A DNA stretch of 64,000 nt, from the NCBI GenBank assembly GCA_027488935.1, contig JAIYAP010000052.1, positions 18,518 to 82,517 of the forward strand. Direction: 5' to 3'. Positions 45,865 through 55,672 of the stretch are shown here, piece after piece. Both the position numbers and the translations under genes were made by a program. A model generated the notes under the pieces. It worked only from the letters and a program-made list of their open reading frames with translations. It ran no database searches and was not told where the DNA came from. Position 1 is the first letter of the stretch. Every line of letters begins with the position of its first letter. Source of the stretch: Saprospiraceae bacterium (lineage in GTDB: Bacteria > Bacteroidota > Bacteroidia > Chitinophagales > Saprospiraceae).

Positions 45865-47283
45865 ATGTCGCAAGCAGTAGCGCCGGTCCGGCACATATTG
45901 ATTGAAGGGAACAAATCTTACCACAATATCACGGAAGATTTGTGCACACCCACAGAAAAAGCTCCTTCCCGCGAATGGGTAATCGCTTTTGCGCTTGCCT
46001 CCGCGTTTCTCGGACTCTATCTTTTCGCCATTGTGTGGACAGTATGGAAAGGGATTGGTGAGTGGGGCGCCAACCGTACGATCAACTGGGCATGGGACAT
46101 CACCAATTTCGTGTGGTGGATCGGTATCGGTCACGCAGGAACCCTCATCTCTGCGATCTTGTTGTTGTTCCGTCAACGCTGGCGTACGGGTGTAAACCGC
46201 GCAGCAGAAGCGATGACCATTTTTGCGGTAATTTGCGCTGGTCAGTTCCCTATTTTCCACATGGGACGGGTATGGCTGGCTTTCTTTATCTTCCCCTTCC
46301 CAAATACACGGGGTCCGCTGTGGACAAACTTTAACTCTCCGTTGTTGTGGGACGTATTTGCAATCTCAACGTACTTCTCTGTTTCCTTGTTGTTTTGGTA
46401 CACAGGCTTGGTTCCTGACCTTGCAACGGTGCGGGACCGTGCAACAGGCTACCGTCGCAAAATTTACGAAACGTTTTCTTTTGGTTGGACAGGAAGTGCC
46501 AAGCACTGGCAACGTTGGGAAGCACTTTCGTTGGTTTTGGCCGGTATTTCTACGCCACTTGTACTTTCTGTACACACCATCGTATCTTTTGACTTCGCAA
46601 CTTCGGTAATCCCGGGCTGGCATACTACGATCTTCCCACCTTATTTCGTTGCAGGTGCGATCTTCTCTGGTTTTGCCATGGTACAAACCCTGATGGTATT
46701 GACCCGTAAAGTGCTTGGTCTGCAAGAATACATCACAATCAACCACATCGAATCGATGAACAAGGTTATTGTGTTGACCGGTACGATTGTAGGGGTTGCC
46801 TATTTGACAGAATTGTTCATTGCCTGGTATTCAGGATACATATACGAACAGTTTGCCTTCTATAACCGTGTATTCGGTATTTACTGGTGGTCTTATTTTG
46901 GTATGATGTTCTGCAACGTGGTAAGCCCACAGCTGTTCTGGTCGCGCAGTATTCGTCGAAGTGTTTGGTGGACGTTCTTCCTTTCCGTTTTGGTAAATAT
47001 TGGTATGTGGTTCGAACGTTTCGTAATCATTGCAACCACCTTGGCGCGTGACTATTTGCCATCATCTTGGAGTTACTATAACCCAACCTGGGTTGAAATC
47101 AGTATCTTCACAGGTACCATCGGCTTGTTCTTTACCCTTTACTTGATTTTTACCCGGGTTGCACCGGTAATTGCAATTGCAGAGGTAAAAGCCATCTTAA
47201 AAGTTGCAGGTGATCAGTATATCGGCCCAAATGCGAAGAAACATGCAGATGGTGCTGAAAAAGTGGAGGAGCCTAAACACTAA
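45865..47283 (+). CDS. actC: Alternative complex III subunit ActC (NrfD/PsrC-like quinol-interacting membrane subunit)
   Basis: 472-aa polytopic membrane protein directly after actB. NrfD-like helices. Confidence 0.85.
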   Translation: MSQAVAPVRHILIEGNKSYHNITEDLCTPTEKAPSREWVIAFALASAFLGLYLFAIVWTVWKGIGEWGANRTINWAWDITNFVWWIGIGHAGTLISAILLLFRQRWRTGVNRAAEAMTIFAVICAGQFPIFHMGRVWLAFFIFPFPNTRGPLWTNFNSPLLWDVFAISTYFSVSLLFWYTGLVPDLATVRDRATGYRRKIYETFSFGWTGSAKHWQRWEALSLVLAGISTPLVLSVHTIVSFDFATSVIPGWHTTIFPPYFVAGAIFSGFAMVQTLMVLTRKVLGLQEYITINHIESMNKVIVLTGTIVGVAYLTELFIAWYSGYIYEQFAFYNRVFGIYWWSYFGMMFCNVVSPQLFWSRSIRRSVWWTFFLSVLVNIGMWFERFVIIATTLARDYLPSSWSYYNPTWVEISIFTGTIGLFFTLYLIFTRVAPVIAIAEVKAILKVAGDQYIGPNAKKHADGAEKVEEPKH

Positions 47284-47372
47284 TAAACCAATACAGCCTG
47301 ATTAGTTTAATTGCTTTCAGGTAAACAATACACCGAAATCTACTAACAATTCATCATTCATAATAAAGAAGG

Positions 47373-47903
47373 ATGGTTTCTGATAGCAAGCAAGTCCTGT
47401 ATGGACTTTATAACGACGAAGAGGATCTGAAAGGTGCAATACGCGCTGCAAATGCGGCACACCTGGATATCATGGACGTGTACACGCCATTTCCGGTACA
47501 TGGACTGGATCCAATTCTGGGATTGAAGGAAAGCCGGTTGCACTACCTCGGTTTTATTTATGGTACAATTGGCTGCCTTTTTGCCTTTTTGACCATGACC
47601 TGGATTTTTACAAGCGACTGGCCCATTGTATTTGGTGGTAAACCTTACTGGTCTATACCTGCCTTTATCCCAATCACCTTCGAATTGACGGTGTTGTTTG
47701 CAGCATGGGGCATGACGCTTACCTTTTACACCATTTGCGGCTTATGGCCAGGTGTTAAAGCGCAAACACTTGACAATCGCATCACAGACGATAAATTTTG
47801 CATCGCATTTGATGTAACAGCAGCGTCTGACAATGCGGTAGATGGATTGAAGCAGTTTTTCGGCACCACTCAGGCTGCTGAAGTGAACATTAAAACTATG
47901 TAG
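47373..47903 (+). CDS. actD: Alternative complex III subunit ActD (DUF3341)
   Basis: 176 aa. N-terminal soluble LYGLYNDEEDLKGAI...YTPFPVHGLD, then two TM helices. Position in the cluster fits. Confidence 0.8.
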   Translation: MVSDSKQVLYGLYNDEEDLKGAIRAANAAHLDIMDVYTPFPVHGLDPILGLKESRLHYLGFIYGTIGCLFAFLTMTWIFTSDWPIVFGGKPYWSIPAFIPITFELTVLFAAWGMTLTFYTICGLWPGVKAQTLDNRITDDKFCIAFDVTAASDNAVDGLKQFFGTTQAAEVNIKTM

Positions 47904-47969
47904 GTTGCCTTTATTGTTTTAAAAACGATTTTAGCAACGCACATTTTAACAAAGATAAATTCATAAAGC

Positions 47970-48794
47970 ATGAAAAACGCAATTGGCGTGATTCTCGGGA
48001 TTGCCTTGTTTGCATGGCTTTTTTCGCTCTGCTCTCCCGCTGGAGTTAACAAAACAGGGCATGAATATATGCCAGATATGTACCATCCGGTTTCATATGA
48101 GGCAAATGTTTACAGCGCATACTACTGGAACCACTGGGAAGGAAAGAGTCCTTTTACCAAGGCACAACTTTCTCAGCCCCGTAAGAAAGTAGAGGGTACG
48201 ATCCCCCGTGGTTATACTGCGGTATATTACGGAGACGCTGCTGCATTAGACGTGGTTCGTGGAAAAAATGCATCGAACGCGATTGCTGCTCAAGTAAATG
48301 GTCAGGCTCCTTTCTATTATGCAAATAATGAAGATGATCGTTTGCTTTGTGAACAGGAAATGGTTCAGAACCCCTTCCCAATCACAACAAAAGGGCTCGA
48401 GAAAGCGAAAGCACTTTATGAAGTGAATTGTGGAATTTGCCATGGAGAAAAAGGAGACGGTCAAGGCTGGTTGGTAGCACAGCCAGATAGCAAATATCCG
48501 GCACAACCCAAAAATATGATTGCGGATGACATGGTTGCTGCTGGAAATGGTCGCTATTATTTTGCAATCATGTACGGCAAAAACGTGATGGGAGGCTATT
48601 CAGACAAGTTGTCTTTTGAAGAACGCTGGCAGGTAATCCACTATATCCGTGGTTTGCAAGCGAAATCAAAAACGCTAGAATATAATGAAAAGGCAAATAC
48701 CCTGAGTAATGTAGAAGTTCCTGCAAAAGGAGTCGCAACGGGTCCGGCACGCGTTCAAGCGCCACCGCCGCCACCAGCGCCGCCTGTAAAATAA
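47970..48794 (+). CDS. actE: Alternative complex III subunit ActE, monohaem cytochrome c lipoprotein
   Basis: Lipobox-like LFSLCS. Single CGICH motif. Pro-rich C-terminus. Confidence 0.8.
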   Translation: MKNAIGVILGIALFAWLFSLCSPAGVNKTGHEYMPDMYHPVSYEANVYSAYYWNHWEGKSPFTKAQLSQPRKKVEGTIPRGYTAVYYGDAAALDVVRGKNASNAIAAQVNGQAPFYYANNEDDRLLCEQEMVQNPFPITTKGLEKAKALYEVNCGICHGEKGDGQGWLVAQPDSKYPAQPKNMIADDMVAAGNGRYYFAIMYGKNVMGGYSDKLSFEERWQVIHYIRGLQAKSKTLEYNEKANTLSNVEVPAKGVATGPARVQAPPPPPAPPVK

Positions 48795-48906
48795 AACTGT
48801 GCGAAGCCCCATTTGCCAACCTTATTAACTAAGATCATTGTTCGGGGGAGTGGCTACCACTCATCCAACTATCAAAAAAACACCGGACTTAATTCGGTCT
48901 TGCGAT

Positions 48907-50517
48907 ATGAATCTGAATACGCAATTTGTATTTGAAGCCAAACAAAAACGCGTGCTACTTGGTGGCATGGCGCTGGGCGTGGTTTGCCTTGTTTTGTCGT
49001 TCCTCAACGACGATGAGTTTCACACCCGTTTCTGGACAAACTACTTGCACAATGCCGTGTACTTCACGGGAATTGCATTTATGTCCATGTTTTTCCTTGC
49101 AGCTCAAATTACAGCCTTTGCGGGCTGGAATTCCGTAATCAAGCGGGTATGGGAAGCAATGAGCCAGTTTATGTGGGTTGGTATTATCCTGATGGGTGTA
49201 CTTGCCATTGGTGTTTGGGGACATCTCCACCACCTTTATCACTGGAATACACCAGGGATTACAGATCCGAACAGCCCGATCTATGACAAAATCCTAGCGG
49301 GTAAAAAAGGCTTTTTGAATCCAACCTTTTATACCATATCGGTTGTTGGCTTTTTGGCACTTTGGTACTATTGGGCGTTCAAATTGCGTCAAGCATCGGT
49401 TGATCAGGATACGAAGGAAACACCTTCCTTCGACTATTATAAAAAACAACGCAAATGGGCGGCCTCTTTCCTTCCCATTGGCGGCTTTTTAAGCACGGTT
49501 TTCCTTTGGGAATCTGTGATGGCGGTTGATCCGCATTGGTACTCAACTATGTTTGCGTGGTATGCAACGGCTTCTTTGTGGTTGGCTTCTATTTCATTGA
49601 CAACCATGATTATCATTTACCTCAAATCCTTGGGGTATATGGAGTACGTTAACCGTAGCCACTTACATGATGTAGGTAAATTCCTTTTCGGTATCAGTGT
49701 GTTTTGGACATACTTGTGGTTCGACCAATTTATGTTGATTTGGTACGCAAACAACGGGGAGGAAACGATCTACTTCAAAGAACGGATGGAACATTACCCA
49801 ATTCTGTTCTGGGGTAACTTGGTGATTAACTTTGTATTGCCATTCTTTATTTTGATGCGTAATGATACAAAACGCAAATTCGGTACGATGTTTTTTGTTG
49901 CCTTGTTTGTGTTTGTTGGTCACTGGTGGGACTTTTTTTATATGATTAAGCCAGGTGCACGCATTGCAGCATTCGAAGCAAAAGAAATGGCCGAAGGCAA
50001 AAAGCCTGGTGCAGAAGTTGCTCCATTGTCAGAAACTGCACCTAAAGAGGCGGCTCCTGCAACAGAAGCACATTCAGCCGAAACTGCAACCCATTCGGAA
50101 GCTGCACATGCTACTGAATCAGCAGCACACAGCGCTGAAGGACATACTGCCGAATCAGCAACCCATGCAGAAGCAGATCATGCTACTGCTGAAGACCATA
50201 AAGCAGTGCCTGCAACTGCGGAAGCAACCCATGCAGAAGGTGCGCATGCAGAACAAGGCGAACATGCTGAACACGGTGCACATGCAGAACATGGTCCAGA
50301 TAAAAGTTTTAAACTGGGCTATACAATCCCTGGTTTGGAAGAGTTAGGTGTTTTTATTGGGTTCCTAAGCCTATTCTTGTTCTTCTTTTTTGCCCAGTTA
50401 CAACGTGTATCACTGGTGCCAATGAAAGATCCATACTTAGAGGAAAGTTTGCACCACGATACAGGAGCGCTTATTGAGGGCGAAGATGACGGTCACGGAG
50501 ACGCTAACCATCATTAG
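48907..50517 (+). CDS. actF: Alternative complex III subunit ActF (second NrfD-like membrane subunit) with a His/Ala/Glu-rich insert
   Basis: Polytopic membrane protein after actE. An 82-aa low-complexity insert at 50050-50295 precedes a final TM helix. Confidence 0.8.
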   Translation: MNLNTQFVFEAKQKRVLLGGMALGVVCLVLSFLNDDEFHTRFWTNYLHNAVYFTGIAFMSMFFLAAQITAFAGWNSVIKRVWEAMSQFMWVGIILMGVLAIGVWGHLHHLYHWNTPGITDPNSPIYDKILAGKKGFLNPTFYTISVVGFLALWYYWAFKLRQASVDQDTKETPSFDYYKKQRKWAASFLPIGGFLSTVFLWESVMAVDPHWYSTMFAWYATASLWLASISLTTMIIIYLKSLGYMEYVNRSHLHDVGKFLFGISVFWTYLWFDQFMLIWYANNGEETIYFKERMEHYPILFWGNLVINFVLPFFILMRNDTKRKFGTMFFVALFVFVGHWWDFFYMIKPGARIAAFEAKEMAEGKKPGAEVAPLSETAPKEAAPATEAHSAETATHSEAAHATESAAHSAEGHTAESATHAEADHATAEDHKAVPATAEATHAEGAHAEQGEHAEHGAHAEHGPDKSFKLGYTIPGLEELGVFIGFLSLFLFFFFAQLQRVSLVPMKDPYLEESLHHDTGALIEGEDDGHGDANHH

Positions 50518-50606
50518 TCTTTAATTAGAACGTTTCTAAACAAAAAAGAGTCTTCACGTTGCTCCGAACAATCCATTTACCTTTGGGTTAAAGTAAAAAA
50601 CTTACG

Positions 50607-52127
50607 ATGACTGCGCTTATCATACTACTCTGTTTTATTCTGATTACCATTGTACTTGTACAAATTGGTAAGGTTACTGAACTCACCGCTCAAATTAAAG
50701 GCGAACGTGAAGTTCTGCGTGACAATAGCAAATGGAATGGCTTATTGTCCCTCATTTTTCTGGTTGTTTTCTTAAGTGGAGTAATCATCTCTGCTTATGA
50801 ATTCAAAAATGTGATGCTTGGTTATGGCCCGCATGCAGCGGCTTCCAAACATGGCGCTATGCTGGATGCATTGTTCAACCTAACCCTGGTATTTACCGGG
50901 ATTGTATTTGTAGGCACCCACATCGCTTTGTTTTGGTTTGCATATAAGTATCGCTATCAAGAAGGTCGTAAAGCAACATTCCTTGCGCACGACAACCGTT
51001 TGGAGGTTTGGTGGACTGCAATTCCTGCGGTCGTAATGACCCTCTTGGTTGTACGTGGCTTGAATGCTTGGAATGAAGTAATGGCGGATGTTAAGGAAGG
51101 TGAAGACTACATGGAAATCGAAGCCACTGGTCAACAGTTCAACTGGAGCATTCGTTACCCTGGTCCTGATAACAAATTAGGAACACGTGACTATAAGTTG
51201 ACGACCGCAGGCAATCCAATTGGTCAGGACTTTACTGATTCCAAAAACTGGGATGATATGATTCCTGGGCAAGAACTTTACTTGCCAGTTGGCAAAAAAG
51301 TACGGGTACGTATCATTGCAAAAGACGTGTTGCACAATTTTTATCTGCCGCACTTCCGGGTGAAAATGGATGCAGTGCCTGGCTTGCCGACCATGTTCGT
51401 GTTTACACCGAATAAGACTACAACAGAGTATCGCAATGAATTGCGCAAATATCCTGAATATAACGAGCCTTTTGATCTAGCAGATCCAACAGGTCCGAAG
51501 CGTTGGGAAAAATTTGATTACGAACTGGCATGTGCAGAATTGTGTGGTAAAGGCCACTATTCTATGCGCCGCGTATTAAAAATCGTAACGCAAGAAGAAT
51601 ATGATGCCTGGTTTAAAAAACAGGAGTCTTTCTACTTGACACAGGTGCGCGGCAAAGCAGACGACCCGAATAAGGGTAAAATGACCTTGCCAATTGAAGC
51701 ACCTATCCGCGCAAAAGCGTTTGGTGAATCGGTAAAAAAAGCAGTGGAATCTACTAATGCAACTGATAAAACCTTGCAATTGAGTTTCATTAATTTTGAA
51801 ACAGGTTCTGCAAAGTTGACAGAAGACAGCAAGTACGAACTGGATAACTTGGTTACGGCGCTCAATACTTATCCTGGAATGTCTATAGCAATTGCTGGGC
51901 ACACTGATAATGTTGGAGAGCCTGGTGCAAACATGCTTTTATCTGTTGAACGTGCGAATGCTGTGGCAAACTATCTGATTACCCGTGGTGTTTCCGGCAG
52001 TCGCCTGAAGGCCAGTGGTTATGGCGATACAAAACCAGCTGTTCCTAATGACACGCCTGAGAATCAGGCAAAAAACCGTCGGACAGAATTCACCATTCTG
52101 GGCGGCGGCACAACCAATCCCTCCTGA
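50607..52127 (+). CDS. coxB: Cytochrome c oxidase subunit II with C-terminal OmpA-like domain
   Basis: CuA site HNFYLPHF...CAELCGKGHYSM. The C-terminal ~110 aa carry OmpA_C motifs AGHTDNVGE, LSVERA, NRRTEF. Confidence 0.85.
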   Translation: MTALIILLCFILITIVLVQIGKVTELTAQIKGEREVLRDNSKWNGLLSLIFLVVFLSGVIISAYEFKNVMLGYGPHAAASKHGAMLDALFNLTLVFTGIVFVGTHIALFWFAYKYRYQEGRKATFLAHDNRLEVWWTAIPAVVMTLLVVRGLNAWNEVMADVKEGEDYMEIEATGQQFNWSIRYPGPDNKLGTRDYKLTTAGNPIGQDFTDSKNWDDMIPGQELYLPVGKKVRVRIIAKDVLHNFYLPHFRVKMDAVPGLPTMFVFTPNKTTTEYRNELRKYPEYNEPFDLADPTGPKRWEKFDYELACAELCGKGHYSMRRVLKIVTQEEYDAWFKKQESFYLTQVRGKADDPNKGKMTLPIEAPIRAKAFGESVKKAVESTNATDKTLQLSFINFETGSAKLTEDSKYELDNLVTALNTYPGMSIAIAGHTDNVGEPGANMLLSVERANAVANYLITRGVSGSRLKASGYGDTKPAVPNDTPENQAKNRRTEFTILGGGTTNPS

Positions 52128-52194
52128 TATTTAAGTACCGGAGACAAATAGAACCCTCGCAATTTTTTTTAAAAACTGTTCAAAATCTACTGGT

Positions 52195-54054
52195 ATGGCT
52201 CACGTAATATCTGCCGCCGAAACTTTGGAAGAAACGCTTACCCAAGAACTTGGGTTTAACGATCATTTTCATGAGCATCATCATGGAGATAAGTTTCAAT
52301 CAAATTTCCTAACGCATTACATTTTCAGCACCGATCACAAAATGATCGCGCGTCAATTCCTGATCACAGGTATTTTCTGGGCCTTCATTGGTGCTGCGAT
52401 GTCAATCATTTTCCGCCTTCAATTGGGCTTCCCAGAAGCTGATTTGGTTTGGCTGAAACCGCTTTTAGGCAAATGGATTCAAGTAAATGCAGCAGGCATT
52501 GGCAAACTTGATCCTGAATTCTATTACTCATTGGTTACCATGCATGGTACCATCCTCGTGTTCTTTGTATTGACGGCGGGATTGAGTGGTACCTTTTCCA
52601 ACTTGTTGATTCCGTTGCAGGTGGGTGCCCGCGATATGGCTTCACCGCTGTTGAACGCATTTTCTTACTGGGCGTTCTTCTTGGCTGGTGTGGTGATGTT
52701 TTTGTCTTTGTTCCTGAGTACTGGACCATTTTCGGGGGGCTGGACGGCATATCCTCCATTAAGTGCCCTGCCGCAAGCCTCTGAAGGTTCAGGTGCAGGT
52801 ATGACCATGTGGATTGTCTCGATGGCCCTTTTCGTAGTGTCTGCCTTGTTGGGTGGTATTAACTATATTACTACGGTATTGAACTTGCGTACGAAAGGCA
52901 TGAACATGTGGCGTATGCCCTTGACCATGTGGGCGTTCTTTGTGACGGCTGTGTTGGGCGTATTGTCTTTCCCTGTATTGTTTTCTGGCTTGTTGTTGTT
53001 GATGTTCGACCGCGGCTTGGGTACTTCTTTTTACCTGAGTGAAATCGTGGTGGGTGGTCAAGTTTTAGACCGCATCGGTGGTAGCCCAATTTTGTACCAG
53101 CACTTGTTCTGGTTCTTGGGTCACCCAGAGGTGTACATCATCATCCTGCCTGCGATGGGTATTGTATCGGAGGTAATGTCGGTACACGCACGCAAACCGA
53201 TTTTTGGTTACCGCGCGATGGTCTTCTCAATTTTGGCGATTGGTTTCTTGTCGTTCATTGTTTGGGCGCACCATATGTTTATGTCGGGTGTGAATCCATT
53301 TATTAGTAACTTCTTTGTAATCTTTACGTTGATCATTGCCGTTCCATCGGCGGTAAAAGTGTTCAACTGGATTACTACGATATACGGATCCAACTTCCGG
53401 TTCAATTCGGCAAGTTTGTTTTCAATCGGGTTTGTTTCGATGTTTATTTCAGGTGGTTTGACAGGTATCTTCTTGGGTAACTCTGCGATTGATATTCAGT
53501 TGCATGATACTTACTTTATTGTAGCCCACTTCCACATTGTAATGGGTATTGCAGCATTCTTTGGGATGTTCGCGGGTATTTACCACTGGTTCCCCAAAAT
53601 GTTCGGTCGTTTTATGAACGAAACCTTGGGTAAAGTACACTTTTGGGGTACTTTGATCGGTGCGTATGCGATTTTCTGGCCGATGCACTACACGGGTATG
53701 GCAGGTGTTCCTCGTCGTTATTACGATGCAGGTGCTTCTTTCGATGCATTCCGTCACTTTACAGACCTGAATAAATTTATTACAGTTGCAGCGATTGTGG
53801 TATTTTTCCTTCAAGTATTGTTCATCATCAACTTCTTCTACTCCATTTTTAGCGGTCGTAAAATGACGTCTAAGAACCCATGGGGTGCGAATACCCTTGA
53901 ATGGACAACACCGATTGAAACAGGTCACGGCAACTGGCCTGGTAATATCCCTACTGTTCAACGTTGGGCATATGACTATGGTAAAGATGGTAAGGAGTTT
54001 ATCCCACAATATGTACCGTTGGGTGAAAACGAGCATGACCACGGCAACCACTAA
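52195..54054 (+). CDS. coxA: Cytochrome c oxidase subunit I
   Basis: 619 aa. WFLGHPEVYIIILP, WAHHMF and HFHIVM motifs. Confidence 0.95.
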   Translation: MAHVISAAETLEETLTQELGFNDHFHEHHHGDKFQSNFLTHYIFSTDHKMIARQFLITGIFWAFIGAAMSIIFRLQLGFPEADLVWLKPLLGKWIQVNAAGIGKLDPEFYYSLVTMHGTILVFFVLTAGLSGTFSNLLIPLQVGARDMASPLLNAFSYWAFFLAGVVMFLSLFLSTGPFSGGWTAYPPLSALPQASEGSGAGMTMWIVSMALFVVSALLGGINYITTVLNLRTKGMNMWRMPLTMWAFFVTAVLGVLSFPVLFSGLLLLMFDRGLGTSFYLSEIVVGGQVLDRIGGSPILYQHLFWFLGHPEVYIIILPAMGIVSEVMSVHARKPIFGYRAMVFSILAIGFLSFIVWAHHMFMSGVNPFISNFFVIFTLIIAVPSAVKVFNWITTIYGSNFRFNSASLFSIGFVSMFISGGLTGIFLGNSAIDIQLHDTYFIVAHFHIVMGIAAFFGMFAGIYHWFPKMFGRFMNETLGKVHFWGTLIGAYAIFWPMHYTGMAGVPRRYYDAGASFDAFRHFTDLNKFITVAAIVVFFLQVLFIINFFYSIFSGRKMTSKNPWGANTLEWTTPIETGHGNWPGNIPTVQRWAYDYGKDGKEFIPQYVPLGENEHDHGNH

Positions 54055-54064
54055 GTAATCCGTT

Positions 54065-54105
54065 CATTTGCCGGAAAACAACTGTATGGTTGTTTCCGGC
54101 AAATG
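54065..54105 (+). other. Stable stem-loop (17 bp with a 1-nt bulge) between coxA and ctaB
   Basis: catttgccggaaaacaac, loop tgtatg, gttgtttccggcaaatg. No U-tract follows. Confidence 0.6.
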
Positions 54106-54133
54106 ATTACAGTGATAAAAGTTTTTTGAAAAA

Positions 54134-55036
54134 ATGGAGCGTAATCAGGCAAATCAAGCGGCGGTTTGGGGAGCATTGAGCCAGTCTATTACTGACTTTG
54201 GTTTGTTGGTAAAATTCAGGTTGAATCTGACCGTGGTTTTTTCGGCAGTAATGTCGTATGCGATTGTGGCAGAGGGTCAAATTACAGTCTTGGCGACTTT
54301 GGTGCTTGCATTGGGAGGTTTTTTTGTGACCAGTGCTGCGAACGCACTGAACCAGGTATTGGAGCGCGACTATGATGTGTTGATGCCCCGTACAGCCAAC
54401 CGCCCGGTAGCGGCAGGAAGAATGAGCGTGTCGAAGGCTGTTTTGTTGGCTGGTTTGATGGCATTGGTAGGGATTTCCTTGCTTTCTGTTTTCAATCCGT
54501 TGACAGGATTTTTGGGTACACTGTCTTTGATTAGTTATGCCTTTGTGTACACACCTTTGAAACGCTCGAGTCCGTTGGCTGTTTTGGTGGGTGCGATACC
54601 AGGCGCTTTACCACTGATTATTGGTAGTGTTGCTTTTGAAGGTACGATTACTTCGACTGCGATGATGTTGTTTTCACTTCAGTTCCTTTGGCAATTTCCC
54701 CATTTTTGGGCAGTTGCATGGCTGGCAGATGAAGATTATCGGAAGGCAGGTTTTTATTTGTTGCCTACAGGGGCGGCCGAAAAAGATAAAACTACAGGCT
54801 TATTGTCTTTTGGATTTTGTCTTTTGTTGATTGCGAATACGGGCCTGGCTTTTGCCATGGGTTATATCAGTTTGGTGGCGATGGTTGCTTTAGTAGTTTT
54901 GAATGTTTATTGGGCGTTGAAGTGCTGGAATTTGTATAAAACTTGTTCCGTCAAAGCAGCCAGGGCTCAAATGTTCTTTTCCTTTGCACATCTGCCCTTG
55001 TCGTTGATTGTTTTGTTGTTGGATAAACTGTTTTAA
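54134..55036 (+). CDS. ctaB: Protohaem IX farnesyltransferase (haem O synthase)
   Basis: UbiA-family motifs NQVLERDYDVLMPRTANRP. 300 aa, polytopic. Confidence 0.9.
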   Translation: MERNQANQAAVWGALSQSITDFGLLVKFRLNLTVVFSAVMSYAIVAEGQITVLATLVLALGGFFVTSAANALNQVLERDYDVLMPRTANRPVAAGRMSVSKAVLLAGLMALVGISLLSVFNPLTGFLGTLSLISYAFVYTPLKRSSPLAVLVGAIPGALPLIIGSVAFEGTITSTAMMLFSLQFLWQFPHFWAVAWLADEDYRKAGFYLLPTGAAEKDKTTGLLSFGFCLLLIANTGLAFAMGYISLVAMVALVVLNVYWALKCWNLYKTCSVKAARAQMFFSFAHLPLSLIVLLLDKLF

Positions 55037-55047
55037 ACTAAATACAA

Positions 55048-55623
55048 ATGGCTGCAATTACGCCTCAATACAGCAGAAGTAATATCAACTCACAAAAATT
55101 TGCTTTGTGGGTTGCCATTGCAGCAATGATCATGATGTTTGGCTCTTTGACGAGCGCTTATGTTGTGCGTCGCGCTGCTGGAAACTGGTTTGAATTTAAA
55201 TTACCGGATTTGTTTTTTATCAATACGGTAGTGATTTTGTTGAGCAGTGTGACCATTCAGTTGTCTTACCGCGCTTTTAAGCAAGGCAAAGAACAACAAT
55301 ATAAAGGCCTGTTGATTGCTACATTTGTGCTTGGAATGGCGTTTGTGATTATGCAGTATATGGGTTGGGAAGCACTGAATGCAATTGGGGCAACTTTTAC
55401 TATTAATCCATCCAGTTCCTTCATTTATGTGATATCTGGATTACATGCGGCCCACGTATTAGGAGGCATGTTGGCATTGACCGTAGCGTTGGTGCATGCT
55501 TATTATTTGCCCTTTAAGGCTACGATCAGAAGGCAGCAACGCTTTGAATTGGTTGTACAATATTGGCATTTTGTGGATGTGCTCTGGGTGTATTTGATTT
55601 TCTTTTTCACCATACAGTCCTGA
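55048..55623 (+). CDS. Haem-copper oxidase subunit III family protein (short form)
   Basis: 191 aa, 5 TM helices. C-terminal YWHFVDVLWVYLIFFF. Confidence 0.8.
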   Translation: MAAITPQYSRSNINSQKFALWVAIAAMIMMFGSLTSAYVVRRAAGNWFEFKLPDLFFINTVVILLSSVTIQLSYRAFKQGKEQQYKGLLIATFVLGMAFVIMQYMGWEALNAIGATFTINPSSSFIYVISGLHAAHVLGGMLALTVALVHAYYLPFKATIRRQQRFELVVQYWHFVDVLWVYLIFFFTIQS

Positions 55624-55672
55624 TTAACCGAAACCAAAACTAAGAACTCTATTACATAATTGATTGAACGTT

